Shown: positions 1 through 11,588, counted from the first letter of the stretch. The stretch: DNA of 64,000 nucleotides from the human T2T-CHM13v2.0 reference genome, Homo sapiens (GCF_009914755.1 NC_060930.1), one strand, 5' to 3'. Program-made: numbers and translations. Notes: a model not told the origin generated them from the letters alone.

Positions 1-359
1 TTCTGACCTGCAAAATGAAGTCACATGCTTCACATTGGCAAGACGAGCTGAGGTCATGAGTTCAATTCTGGATCTGTGTTCTCCCGCCTGGCTGGTGGCT
101 TCTCCCTATCTCCCTGGGCAAGGGGGCTGGGTTTTGCAGGTGGATTAGTCCTGGAGCTGAAGGTGGGGTTCATAACGGAGCCATGGTGGAAGGAAGGCTG
201 GAACTGAGGTCCAGAGAGATTCAGGGGCTTGCCCAAGGCCAAACAGTGAGAAAGGTGAGAACTAGGTCTTGATGCAGAGTCTGTCTGGCCCCCAGCTCCA
301 CGCTTTCCTCCTCTTGCCACATGGCTGTCACCCACTCAGTGTTCAGAAACAAAAACATA

Positions 360-520
360 TGATCCCCTCCCATGTGTCTGGCACTGTGCTTTTTTCTGTG
401 TTCATGCATTCATTTTTCACACCAGTCCTGTGCAGTGGATATTGGTATTATTATTCCCATGTTGCTGATGAAGCAGTGGGGTCTCAGGATGTGCAAGCAT
501 CTCGCAGGAAACTGGCAGAG
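360..520 (-). mobile_element. MIR SINE fragment (second MIR-like fragment at ~200-270)
   Basis: Degenerate reverse-complement MIR core: 'tattattattcccatgttgctgatgaagcagtggggtctcagga' versus consensus attatccccattttacagatgaggaaactgaggctcagaga. Confidence 0.6.
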
Positions 521-771
521 ACCAGAGGAGTCCTCTGAACAGGCAGCTGAGTGGGAATCTCTGTGGGATGCTGTGGGGCCCCTTGCTGAGAGGGGCTCCG
601 AGCTGTGGGGCGTGGGGTGTCAGGCATGCAGTCAGGTGGCAGGAGCAGCATTCCAGTTCGAATTTTCAAGCATTTTGGAAATTTTGAAAGCCATCCTCCA
701 GCTCAGAACATTTCTCAGTCTTGATCATCTCCCATTAACCCTTACCATCACTGCTCCAGTGCCCTCCACCC

Positions 772-1013
772 CACACACGCAGAGACACACAGACACACAG
801 ACACAAAGACACATACACACACACAGATATGCAGACACAGACATGCAGAAACACATAGACACACAGATACACACACACATATACATAGAGGGAAACACAC
901 ACACAGACACACATACACACAGACACACATAAACAGACATACATACAGACATGCACAGACACACATACAGATTCATATACACACAGACACACGTGCACGT
1001 GTATGCGCACACA
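772..1013. repeat. Imperfect (CA)n / (CAGA,CATA) microsatellite, ~240 bp
   Basis: Directly visible CACACAGACACATA-type array; explains the low-complexity HT/CV-rich ORFs at 372-1156. Confidence 0.95.
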
Positions 1014-1063
1014 CTGTCCTTCCGTCTCTTCAGCTCACGCCAGCCTCCTGATTCCTCACTCAC

Positions 1064-1326
1064 CCAGCCTCTGGTTTCTTTCCAGGGTTTTGTCTCTTGC
1101 CTGGAGTGAACAGCCTTGCAGCTTGTTCCCTGCCCTCCTGCCCCAGAAACAAGCACCCCCTCCGTCTGAACGTTTTTCTGAGCACTTTACCATTAGTGAT
1201 AGTGAGACACATTCTAGAAAGTTCCTGTTTCACAGGGATGGCATGCAGAAAGCCAGCACTTGAGAAGAACATGCAACTTAGCAAGGCTTGCTCATCTTTC
1301 CCCATGATGACGGAGCCCCTGAGGGG
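1064..1326 (-). other. Candidate internal exon of the minus-strand transcript
   Basis: Minus strand: acceptor 'cccgcttctcttctcaccactcAG|' (AG at 1328-1327; second AG at 1320-1319) and donor 'TGG|GTGAGT' (intron begins 1063). Motif-based only. Confidence 0.35.
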
Positions 1327-1701
1327 CTGAGTGGTGAGAAGAGAAGCGGGGCCTGAGCGCTGCATGGGAGCCTCACACAGGGAGAGGGAGAGGGTCCTCT
1401 GGAGTGCTGTGGCTTTGCCCTTCTCTCTTTTCCTTCTTGTCCCATGGCACTGTCAGGATCCTTCTGGGCTCCCATTAGCTCAAGGATTGAATGAGGCAGG
1501 CGCTGGTGGACGGGAAGACTCCAAGGAGTGAACATTGTGAGGATAAGATGAGAAGATGAAGGAAGCCCACAGGGACAGGACGGGATTTCCCAAGAAACAA
1601 GTCTGTACCTGCCTTGTTTATGTTTTATACACAAAGGATGCTCAGATACAAAGAATATCCTTGTTTTAGCCTGTCTGTCCACATGGCAAATCATTACGCA
1701 C

Positions 1702-1833
1702 CAACTCGTCACTCTCCGACGCTGCAGTAAACTGCCTGCACTTGCCACCTCTTCGTCTGCGGCCCGGCTCATAAGCCTTCTTCTTGATCACTTGGTTTCT
1801 TGCCTACTGTCGGGTGGAAGGAGGCCACAGACC
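1702..1833 (-). other. Candidate internal exon of the minus-strand transcript (alternative acceptors give starts at 1833, 1806 or 1803)
   Basis: Minus strand: 'ttctcctgattccAG|' and 'cctccttccacccgacAG|tAG|' acceptors; donor 'TTG|GTGCGT' at 1702/1701; local CpG enrichment (~8 CpG in ~120 bp); ATG at 1772. Confidence 0.4.
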
Positions 1834-1962
1834 CTGGAATCAGGAGAACTTGCTGTAGTTGTCAGCTCTCCTGCTTAAGGAAGGCACTTTACCTCCCAGG
1901 GCCTCCGTTTCCACTTTTGTAAAACTAGGATAATGCTGTTGCCTAGTTGTGTTGAAAATGAA
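1803..1962 (+). mobile_element. Old MIR fragment
   Basis: 'gtggaaggaggccacagaccctggaatcagg...ttacctcccagggcctccgtttccacttttgtaaaactaggataat' aligns by eye to MIR 'gtggaaagagcacggactctggagtcag...taacctctctgagcctcagtttcctcatctgtaaaatggggataat'. Confidence 0.55.
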
Positions 1963-3710
1963 AGGGGGTGACATGTATAAAATAAATACTGGAGAGTGGA
2001 AATTCTTGCCCCTTGTGAAATGTCGTCATTACAAACACATGGAGTAATACCAAAGTACCTAGCAAGTTGCAGGAAGAGAGAGGCTACTAGAAATAGCACA
2101 TACACAGTATCATTTTTGGGTGAATTTAAGTAATTCTTCATCTCCTTGTACACTTCAGCTGCTGAGTACATGGATCTGTCGTATAGGCAATAGAAAGGCT
2201 ACAAGTCTTGGTATTTTCTTCAGGTGATGGGAACAAACTTGGCTCTAGCCACCTTGACACCCATGTTCAAATTGGGAGAAAAAATTTTCTCTCTTGGATG
2301 TTCAAATCAGAGGCAAGTCCTAGAAGGTGGAAGAGATGTCAACATCAGGCTGGAAGTGCAACAGTGGATGACAAAGCCCTGCCAATAGGTGGCTGGAGGA
2401 GACGCTGGCTTTAGCAAAAAACCCTTCTCTACCAGGCCCCAGGAACCCATGGAAGGTGAATCGCAAATAGTAATTATAGGGGGAATGAGAACAAGCATTG
2501 GTGTGACTCATCCATGCACCAAGTCACTGGCACCCCTCTTTCCTCTCTTCCAAATCTCCTCTCTTCCTGTAGCTGGTTTGAGGACTCCTATGTTGCCTTT
2601 GAAACTGTGAAAATTTTCTTGGGTCCATCTCTTTGGTTGCAGTTGCTTCTGTTGCTGCTACTACCTTACTTCTCAACACAGATCTTCCAAGGGATCAGAC
2701 ATTGCTGTTGGCGCACATGTTGACTCTCTGCTCCTATCATAGCCAATGGGAGTGCAAGAACCCAGCAAGTAGCTTCTACGGCCACTGGGATGGGAGATGG
2801 GTATTTTTCACCATATGTATCTTTCTTTATTGAGCTCCTCAAAGGGTAGTCTCACTCTTCCTGCATTAAAAAATGAACAAACAAGCAAAACACAACTGTC
2901 CTGTCCCTGGATGAAAGTATCCTTGGCTGACTCAGAGGACAACAAACAGGTCTATCCAATGTCTCACCCCAAACTGTCCAGCTGTCTCAGTCCCCAGTGT
3001 GTGCTCCAGGTTAAAAGCAGGAATGTCTCCTTCTGTCTGAAATCCATCCAGGGAATTTCCTGGGAATTGGGGGGTAGTCTTTGCCCCTGGCATTTGTTTG
3101 TGTGCTTGATTCCAGAGTCCCTGGCTCCATCTCCAGTCCCCAGAGTCCTTTTACCATTCCTCCCAGTAGGCCCAGTGTTTTCATGCAAAAGGAACCCCTG
3201 TTTCTGCTCATCAGACTTAGGCAAGGACAGAATTTTAGAGCTAAAAGAAATCTAATTTTGTTTCTTTACTGTATGCAGAACTAGAGAGGCCATGTAATTT
3301 GTCTATAAGTTCACATCTAGTTAGGGGCGGAGCTAGACTCAATTCTTGGTCTTGGAGTGTCTAAGTCAGACCTCTTTCCACTGGAGCAGTCACTCATTCC
3401 TCAAGCGGGAGTCCCCAAATGGTGATGATCACCTCAGGCAGCTGACAAAGGGGTTCATAGTATCTATGTGTGGTCAGCAAAATGTGGGGCAGTTTTCAAG
3501 CAATCAAAAATAGATTGGAAGAGAAGTACACCTATATCCGTAAAATTGAATTTATTGGAGGAAGAGTAATTTACATCTGAAATACGATTCAAGATTAATC
3601 TAATATAGACCAGACATGGAGAATTAACTCTTCTGACTGTTATTTTTGAGAATACGCATAATTGCTTCCTTTTTCTCGATAACGGATAAGATTATTTTTA
3701 TTGTTCCTGA

Positions 3711-4088
<378 letters not shown>

Positions 4089-5084
4089 TAAGTATATGTC
4101 AATAACGTGTGTATTTTTATAAAACAGTCACACATATCTCTCATGTACTTTTTTTCTTGTCTTGGGATAACTAGACTAACCCAAGCAGTCCCAAAGGGGT
4201 GCCCTGGTGTACCCCAAGAGATACTGAGTTTTTCCAAGAGCAGGGACTCTGTGTAATCTGTCTTTGGCTCCACATTGTCCCTCTCCGTATAAAGTGCTAT
4301 TTTTTTTGTGGAAGCCAAAACATTCCTTTGGGACTATGGACTACAGAGTATCTATGGAGATACTATCTTTAGATCCTATTTGCATTAATGGGATCCTTTC
4401 ATTCCAGAGGCTCCGAGTCTCTGGTCACTCAGCATGTAAGCCCTACATAGCGTTTTGTCTGTTGGAGCTCGTGAGCACTCTGCAGGCATCCATGCAGCAG
4501 CAGTGACTTCAGGTGTGGGGGACCAGAAATCAAATCGGGCCACGTCATCCACTGTTCTGGACACCCCAGCTTCCTCAGCAGGGTTCAGCTGCTATTTCCT
4601 ATCTATACTCAGGTACATACCTGGCCCTGTGTTGATTCAACAGCTGTGGGAAATTCAGAAGCCAGGCTTGGTCTAAGGGGTCTATGAGAAGAAGTGACAG
4701 AAAGGTCTTGGCCAGGCATCATTGGTTTCCCCTTATCCCTCCTACCTGTCATTTCTGGGTGCCCATTTCCTTGTAGATCTAGAATTCTGGGGCACAGTCA
4801 CTAAGCAAAAGTCTAGTCTCCTACTCAGACCTTATAGGAGTGGGCACAGTGTTCCCTGAAGCTACCTCCTTTCTCCCCAGGTAGCCATTTCCACCTTCTT
4901 TTCCTTCAGCATCCACGTATGAGAGAGTCTCTGAAGATCCCATTGTGCTAGCCAATGGAGGGATGACTTCTATTTGCAGCTCTAAGGGAGTCAAGGTGAA
5001 AACCTGAATAAGTAAAAAAAATCTTATCTTCTTCCTAGATAAACTCTCAGGCAGTTCAGTATTGTGAAACAGTTGGGCGCAACT

Positions 5085-5276
5085 TGGGAGCTGGGAAAGA
5101 CTAGGTTTAAATGTCAGATTTGCCACTTACTCACTGTGTGACCTTGGTTAAGTTTCAAAACCCAGTTTCCTTATCTGAAAAATGGGGGAAATAGTAATGC
5201 ATACATCATAGGGTTCTTATGAGGAGTAACTGATAAAGCAAAGTGCTTGTCTCAAAAAATATTGGCTACTATTATT
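5085..5276 (+). mobile_element. MIR
   Basis: 'tgccacttactcactgtgtgaccttgg...cagtttccttatctgaaaaatgggggaaatagtaatgc...catagggtt'. Confidence 0.8.
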
Positions 5277-7130
5277 GTTAAGCTTTGTGATATGGACCAT
5301 GACCCAGTTCGACCTCGTTTGTCTTTCAGATGAAAAAACTGGGCCTCAGAAATGTGATGTTCTGTTCAGCTGCCACACAGCTATAGATAATGATATTTAA
5401 AATGAGCTTCTTGGCCTCTGAAACTCAGCTCAAGGCTTTTCTACATCATACTTTGAGTACAACTTACAATGCACCACCCCCACCCCGAACTTCCCGCCAC
5501 CAAGCTTGAAAAATAATTAAGTATAAAACATGATGTGTATTTTTTGAAGCATTTCTGGCATAATCTTGTTTTATATTTATTGCCTACAACTTTGGACTCT
5601 ATGACACTGGATATGTGCAAGTGTGTGCTTAATAATTGTCGGCTAACCGAATGACACTAAAGTTAAAGAGGATGATTGACTAGAAGTTAACATTGTGTAC
5701 AATTTGTTTTCCCAAGAACAGACATAGTTAAGAATAGCAAGTCTCTATGATGTATTTATTTATTTTTACCTTAAATGTTCTGCTATTCCTAAGAACAGCA
5801 AAGATTAAAGGAAAAAACAAAAGCCAGTGTGGTGACAGTGAAAGTGTATCCACTTGCTTGGATATTAGGATTACCCCAGATGATGCAGATAGTCTCGTGG
5901 GATTAGAGGTCAGAGAGAAGGCAGATCATATGCAGCAGCTGGACACCATATTGTTGACCACTTGGAATAAAATCCCTTCTGTCTTGCCCTTATACACAAA
6001 TTTATACCAATTACTCAGGTCCAAAGTTGACTTCCGATTCTAGCCTTAACAGACAAGTGCTGAGCCTATCAAGTTTTATTGCAGTCAACACATCTCCCTT
6101 CCAGAAGCAACTGGTCACAGCCATTTCCAACAGAAAGCTGCCTGGGCCACCCTTTCTTCTTTTTATAGTTTGTTTCCAGACACTCAGTGACCCATAAAGT
6201 TAACTTATAACCAAGTCACAGCCATGACCAGAGCTGTTGTTCTTGTGTCCACCCCTAAAGTTGCCTTTTCCCAGGATGTGCACACTCAGAGGCAATGAAT
6301 CATACTGTTTGTCCTTTGTGGGGTCATGCCTTTTGGTTGAACCCCAGGTCCTGGGTCCTTAACCCAGACTGTTTCCTTTAAACATTCTCCAAACTCTGGG
6401 GTTTTTAAGATTTTGTAGTTTGCCCTTATGAACGTGTATATTGCATGAACCCTGTCTTAATGGAGATGTGCCTCCTGCGTGGTGAGCTGGGGTCAAGGCG
6501 TGCTGTGGGCTTGAACCATCTGTGCAAACATAACAATGATTGAGTTGATATTTCTATTTTGATGTCCTGGTGGTGTCACTTACAACCTAATTTGTCTTCT
6601 CACCCTTCATTCCCTCTGGGGTGAGGATATATATATTGAAGAAAGGTTGATAAAGCAAGTCAGCCTGTAGGCTGAGTTGGAATTGAATTATTTAAGGAAG
6701 GCCATGAGGGCACAGGCTCCCGCAATGCTCATGTGCATGACTGTGATTACTAAGTCACCCAACCTCTTAATTTTCTGGATTTAGGTAGGTTAATAAGATT
6801 CCTTGATCAAGCTAACTAGTTATGGAACTAGTTAAAAGCAGGACCAAGGTTGGAACTAATATCTTCTCATCCCCATTGTGTTTTTCTCATTACACCATAC
6901 GTGTTCCATCAACATCTTTTTTCCTCCCTGTGGCAGAGAGATTGGCTTTACAAATAGGGAGGGAGTGATGAAAGATATTTTGGTTTTAGCTTGCGACTAT
7001 CTCCTATAACATAATTAAATAAATGAAGAAAGAAAACGGGTTAAATCTCATCATAGAAATATACAATGTTAGGAAATTTTGATTTATAGAATTTTAGAAA
7101 TGGAAGGTACTTTAAAACAATCACCTAGCA

Positions 7131-7345
7131 CAGTGAGTTTCCAACTGTGTTCAGTGAAACCCCAGGGTTCTGCACAGATGCCTCAAGGCCTTTAAAAGGT
7201 AGGAGAAGAGAGTATATAGGACTCAGAGCTTTCTGCCTCAGGGCCATTAAAGCAAGTCTGTCTTTATCTGTTTTATATGTTGGGGTTTTATGTTGGATTT
7301 TGTTATAAATGGGGAATCACTTCTAAGGAAAATTTGCAAGCTGTA
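7131..7345. mobile_element. hAT-Charlie-type MITE (MER103-like); a related copy in the opposite orientation lies at ~13600-13835
   Basis: Starts 'cagtgagtttccaactgtgttcagtgaaaccccagggttc' and contains 'tttatctgttttatatgttgggg'; subfamily uncertain. Confidence 0.45.
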
Positions 7346-8034
7346 AATCTAGGTCAAACCCCTCAATTTACAGATGAGAAAACTGAGGCCTGGAATCTTG
7401 AACCTGTGGAGTTGCCAAGTAAGACTCTTTATTCCATTCTAGGGATTAGGAAACTAAGATTCCAAGATTCAGATCTTAAAGTTTTGTAGAAAGTTATGGA
7501 TTTTGTCAAGTGGCAGAGCCAGGGCTGAAGCTAGCTGTATGTTTTTTTTTCATTCCTAGTGCATGACTTTTCCCAACATATCATGTTATTTAACAATATC
7601 CAACATATGGTGATCTTACTGCTCCATGATCAAAGAAGTCAGAGAGAATGAAGGTCCTAGAGGCAGGAGTTTGAGGGAGCCGATTAAGAGAGAATAGTCC
7701 ACTAGTGTGGGGGAGGTGACTATGGAAACAGGGTGATTTATTTTCATTTCCTTTCTTCACGGTTCCATTTCATTCTGCAAATTCCCTGCTGCAATGCTGT
7801 ATCCCCAGTATCTAAGCCCAGGCCTGGCAATTAGAGCACAATACATATTTGTGGATTCAGACTTTCAAATGCACGTCCTTGTGACATCCTTCAAACAGTG
7901 TACTGGTCAGGAACTCAAGAGTATGGTACATTTAAAAATCAAATACTATATCAAATTTGGAGAAGCATAACCATTAAGGTAGTGTATTTCAACACTGGTA
8001 GGTGCACAAAGCCTGCTCTCTAAAAGAAGCAAGT

Positions 8035-8323
<289 letters not shown>

Positions 8324-8839
8324 GGAAGTAAGGGAAGTAAGTAACTCAGCTGGCAGGGTCTGACTCAGAGTGGATCACTTTCTCTGAGCTGCCCTGGCAC
8401 AGCCCAATTGTACCTATGTCTCAGGCATGGTCCCCAGTGTCAGCAGACACACTGATCCTGGTGGAGGGAAGTGCACATCGTGCAAGGCATTCCCATAAGC
8501 CACCGGACAGGTGTTCAACTGCCCTCTGGGTAGCCTGACCCTGAATGAGTTTAAATAGAAACAAATAAAACCTAGGATCAGAAGGTTCTTATATTGTACT
8601 TAAAGTGGTTAGCATTTGTAGTAGGTTATCAAAGAATATTGTACAACATCTTTCCCTAGGGAACTTTAAGAATAGGATGGCTAGATCCTGCAGTCTGAGA
8701 TATTTTTGTCTCTATAATAACACCTTACCACGGTATCACAGCTTATAGTACGTGCCTCGAGGCCAGGCATGTATTAGATACCCTTCTGAGGCCATCTGCT
8801 CCCTGGATTTGTTTCAGAGGAATGAAACACGAGGTGGAA

Positions 8840-8883
8840 AGGGAGAGAGATAGAGAGCTAGAGAGAGAGGAGAGAAAGAGAGA
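8840..8883. repeat. (GA)n-rich purine tract
   Basis: gggagagagatagagagctagagagagaggagagaaagagaga. Confidence 0.8.
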
Positions 8884-9611
8884 CCGATCCACGGACCCTA
8901 TTAACAGGGTGAAATCTGCCTAAACTAGGAAGCCAGAGGAGTAAGACCCTGATGGAAACCACGCTTGCCTGTCGGTCCTGATTTTGCCCCAGTCCTTCAA
9001 TACGCCTCTCACGGTTTGTGCTACGGTCTTCTGTGCGTTCAGGGGTGGGCTGGTTTATGTCAACATAGTGGGTTTACTGTAAAAATCATTATTGGTACTT
9101 TTGGATGTGGCTTTTCTATTTAAAATAATTAAAACCAACGAAGCTTTTTCTTTCTGACCCAATTCCTGGCTGTCCTCTGCTTTGGTGTCTTCAGGCCAAC
9201 CCTGGGCTCTGGGAAGCTCTAAGGATGGAGCCTGTCTCCTCCACCTGCTACACGCAGGGCAAGAGGGCCAATGCGCACCCCGCCACGGCCAGGAGCCTCA
9301 TTATTCTTTTTGTTTTAATTCCCCTGTGTGGATCCAAATGGCAGTCCCAGGCCCATGGATAAGCAACAAGTGGCTGGAGGAGGGACAAATCGGGCTCTCC
9401 GCGTCGCTCCCCGCCTGCTTCCTACCCGCGCCGCCGCCCACTGCCCCGTACAGGGGTCGCAGCCGTGGAGCGTGGGAATGGGACAGTCCCATTTTACAGC
9501 TCTCGTTCATCCCGCCTGCGGCAGGCGGCTCCTGACAGGGAAGAGCAAGCTTTCTGGACTTCCCCACCCGCGGTCCCACCGGGCCCGTGGCGCGCCCACG
9601 CCTCCTCCCGG

Positions 9612-9625
9612 GCCCCTTACCTCCC
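9612..9625 (-). other. 5' splice donor of a minus-strand first exon (exon ends at 9621)
   Basis: Minus strand GGGAG|GTAAGG followed by G-run-rich sequence (ggcccgggaggaggcgtggg...ggtgggaccgcgggtgggg) typical of first introns. Confidence 0.7.
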
Positions 9626-9661
9626 GCGCGCGGCGGGCGCACGCACCACCTGACTCGCGTT

Positions 9662-9718
9662 CTCATTGGCTGCTGCCTGTTGCTAACCCACGTGACCGGA
9701 GCCGCGCGCCCCGCCCCC
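9662..9718 (-). promoter_or_regulatory. Promoter module: GC box (9708-9717), GTCACGTG E-box (9689-9696), RFX half-site TAGCAACAG (9677-9685), CCAAT box (9665-9669)
   Basis: Minus strand reads ggggcggggc...ggtcacgtgggttagcaacaggcagcagccaatgag. Confidence 0.75.
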
Positions 9719-9834
9719 GCGGGCTCCCGCTCGGCCGGCGCGTTCCTGCGGGCGTTCGCTGGCCGGCGTCGGGCTCCGAGCCGCGGGTCGCTCGCCTCGC
9801 CGGCTTCGCCCCGCCGCGCCGCTGCCGCCGATGC

Positions 9835-9848
9835 CCACAAGGTGGCAG
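9835..9848 (+). promoter_or_regulatory. CTCF core motif
   Basis: CCACAAGGTGGCAG matches the CCACNAGGTGGCAG consensus exactly, inside the CpG island. Confidence 0.7.
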
Positions 9849-11588
9849 TGCCGCGCTGCGTGTCCCGTCGCCCGGGTCCGCGCGAGCCGCGCCAGGCGGC
9901 CGGTGCCAGCGCAGCCTCCCGCAAAAGTTTCCCTGCTCCGGAACGGACCGGGGCATCGCACTCTCCTGGCGGGCTGGTGACAGTCCTCCCGTTCTCGGGT
10001 TGCCTCGGGGCGATTTGCACTTCACAGCCCCGCTGGCGTCTCCTGGCGTCCCGAACTTGGGGCCTGTCACTGAGGCAAGTCGATGTTTTCAGGAGTGTTT
10101 TGTTTTGTTTTGTTTTAGGATCTGTACGCTAATAATTGATCCTAAAGAGGCAGGCAGACACCCCGACAGCGACACCTCGTCTCTCTTCTGGGCGTCCGGC
10201 TGAGCTTGCCTCACTGCAGAAGCAACCGATAGCTTCCCTTTGCGCTGGTGGAAGACACAAGCCAGCAGCCCTTCGGAGGGGCCTCCCCGCACGCGCCTCT
10301 TGGGATCCTGACTTGCTTAGGAAGAGGAGGGCACGGGGAGCCTCCTGCTCTGCAGCTGTCCCCAGGATGCCCTTAATTCCCGGGACAGGAGAGATAAGCT
10401 CGTCTGACCTCAGTTGACCTCGCCGCAGGCGCCAGGCGTCCTCATTTACTGCGAGGCATTGGGGAGTCTACTTTTCTCTCTGCTCCCTGGGATTTTTTTC
10501 CTTACGTCACTTTTTTCCTTGTTGGCTTGTAGCTGGTCTGATGTCCCCTTACTGCTATCTAAACCGCCCCCCTCTACTCCCTGCTCCCACCTAGGCACGC
10601 GTTTGCCACTCTCCATTTTTCCTTTAAAGAAAACGTTCTGAGAGCCCTTTGAACCCAGCTGACCCTGGGAAAGGGCAGGTCCGTGGATGTGAAGGCAAGT
10701 CCAGCAACTGGGGCTGCACTTACCTACATGTGAAAAGGAAAGAGAAACACACCTTGCCTGCCCATTGTCTACACCACGAAGCCCGGATTCCATTCCCTGG
10801 TAGTCAGGCCTTTCACACTGGGCTGCCCTCCAGGTAATATCCAAAGATGCCCCCAGCCTACTCCAGCCCCTAACAGGACACTCAAAGGGACTCTGTGTTC
10901 GTGACTGCTGGAATTTCTGCTGAGACCCCAACACAGAACAATATATGGGTCAAACAACTCCCACCCCCATTCTCAAGTGAGGTATAGACCCTCTCTGGGG
11001 TGTTGTTAAGGGACCGACACCAGCCTCGCCTTGGGGTGATACGATAGGAGGCTAAGGATGCAGGAGAGGCCAGCAGTGGGTCTTTCTTTTTAGAGAGGTG
11101 TCTATATGTTTTGCTTCTCCACCTACCTCAAGATAAATGACTTGGGCTCCAGAGAACTCCCTGAAGAGCTTTAGGTGTCTCCTGGAGTTTGGGAGGTGTA
11201 AGGACAGATGCAACCTGCAAAGCAGACGGCTGTTTGCAGTGGCGAGAGAAGGAGGTATTTGGAGCCACCTCTTCTTCCAAGAGCCAGTGAGTTATACATG
11301 CACTAAGTCTCCCTAGAGGCAGGGTGGACCCACATCCCCCCACAGGGGCGAGGTGAGCAGCACATGCCAGGACCTGAGGGTGACGAGTGAGTGCCAGCTA
11401 ACAGGGGCTACCCATGTCCCAGAGCTGCAGCTGGTGAACTGGCAACAACAGGGGAAGAGGATTGAGAAAACCCAGAAAAGCATCCGCAGAAGAGCCAGCA
11501 TGTGCACATCTGCCACTCCCAAGGGCACCAACCCCAAATGCAGCTGAATCCTCCTTGAAGAGCTTTGTTCTTTGGGCCCTGAGAAACC

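Larger units (their letters stand above)
9270..10440. promoter_or_regulatory. CpG island promoter (core ~9400-10060)
   Basis: Very high GC and CpG density, free of repeats, in a CpG-depleted window; contains a promoter motif cluster and a first-exon-type donor. Confidence 0.93.

Noticed and set aside
372-1156. 143-186 aa ORFs with HT/CV repeats (likewise ORFs over 38.2-38.7 kb, 40.8-41.2 kb and 50.3-50.6 kb)
   Set aside because: Translations of CA/TG microsatellites
9660-9700. MHC-II-like SXY module (RFX X box plus Y box)
   Set aside because: CCAAT orientation and spacing differ from SXY and there is no X2/CRE element
10075-10118. Plus-strand mini-intron from GCAAGT to (TTTTG)n-TAG
   Set aside because: Only 44 nt, below the usual human intron minimum; the T-tract is a simple repeat
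9182-10417. Long overlapping ORFs (291, 239, 181 aa) across the CpG island
   Set aside because: Open on both strands in several frames, rich in R/P/G/A and without a recognisable domain; expected from stop-codon scarcity in GC-rich DNA
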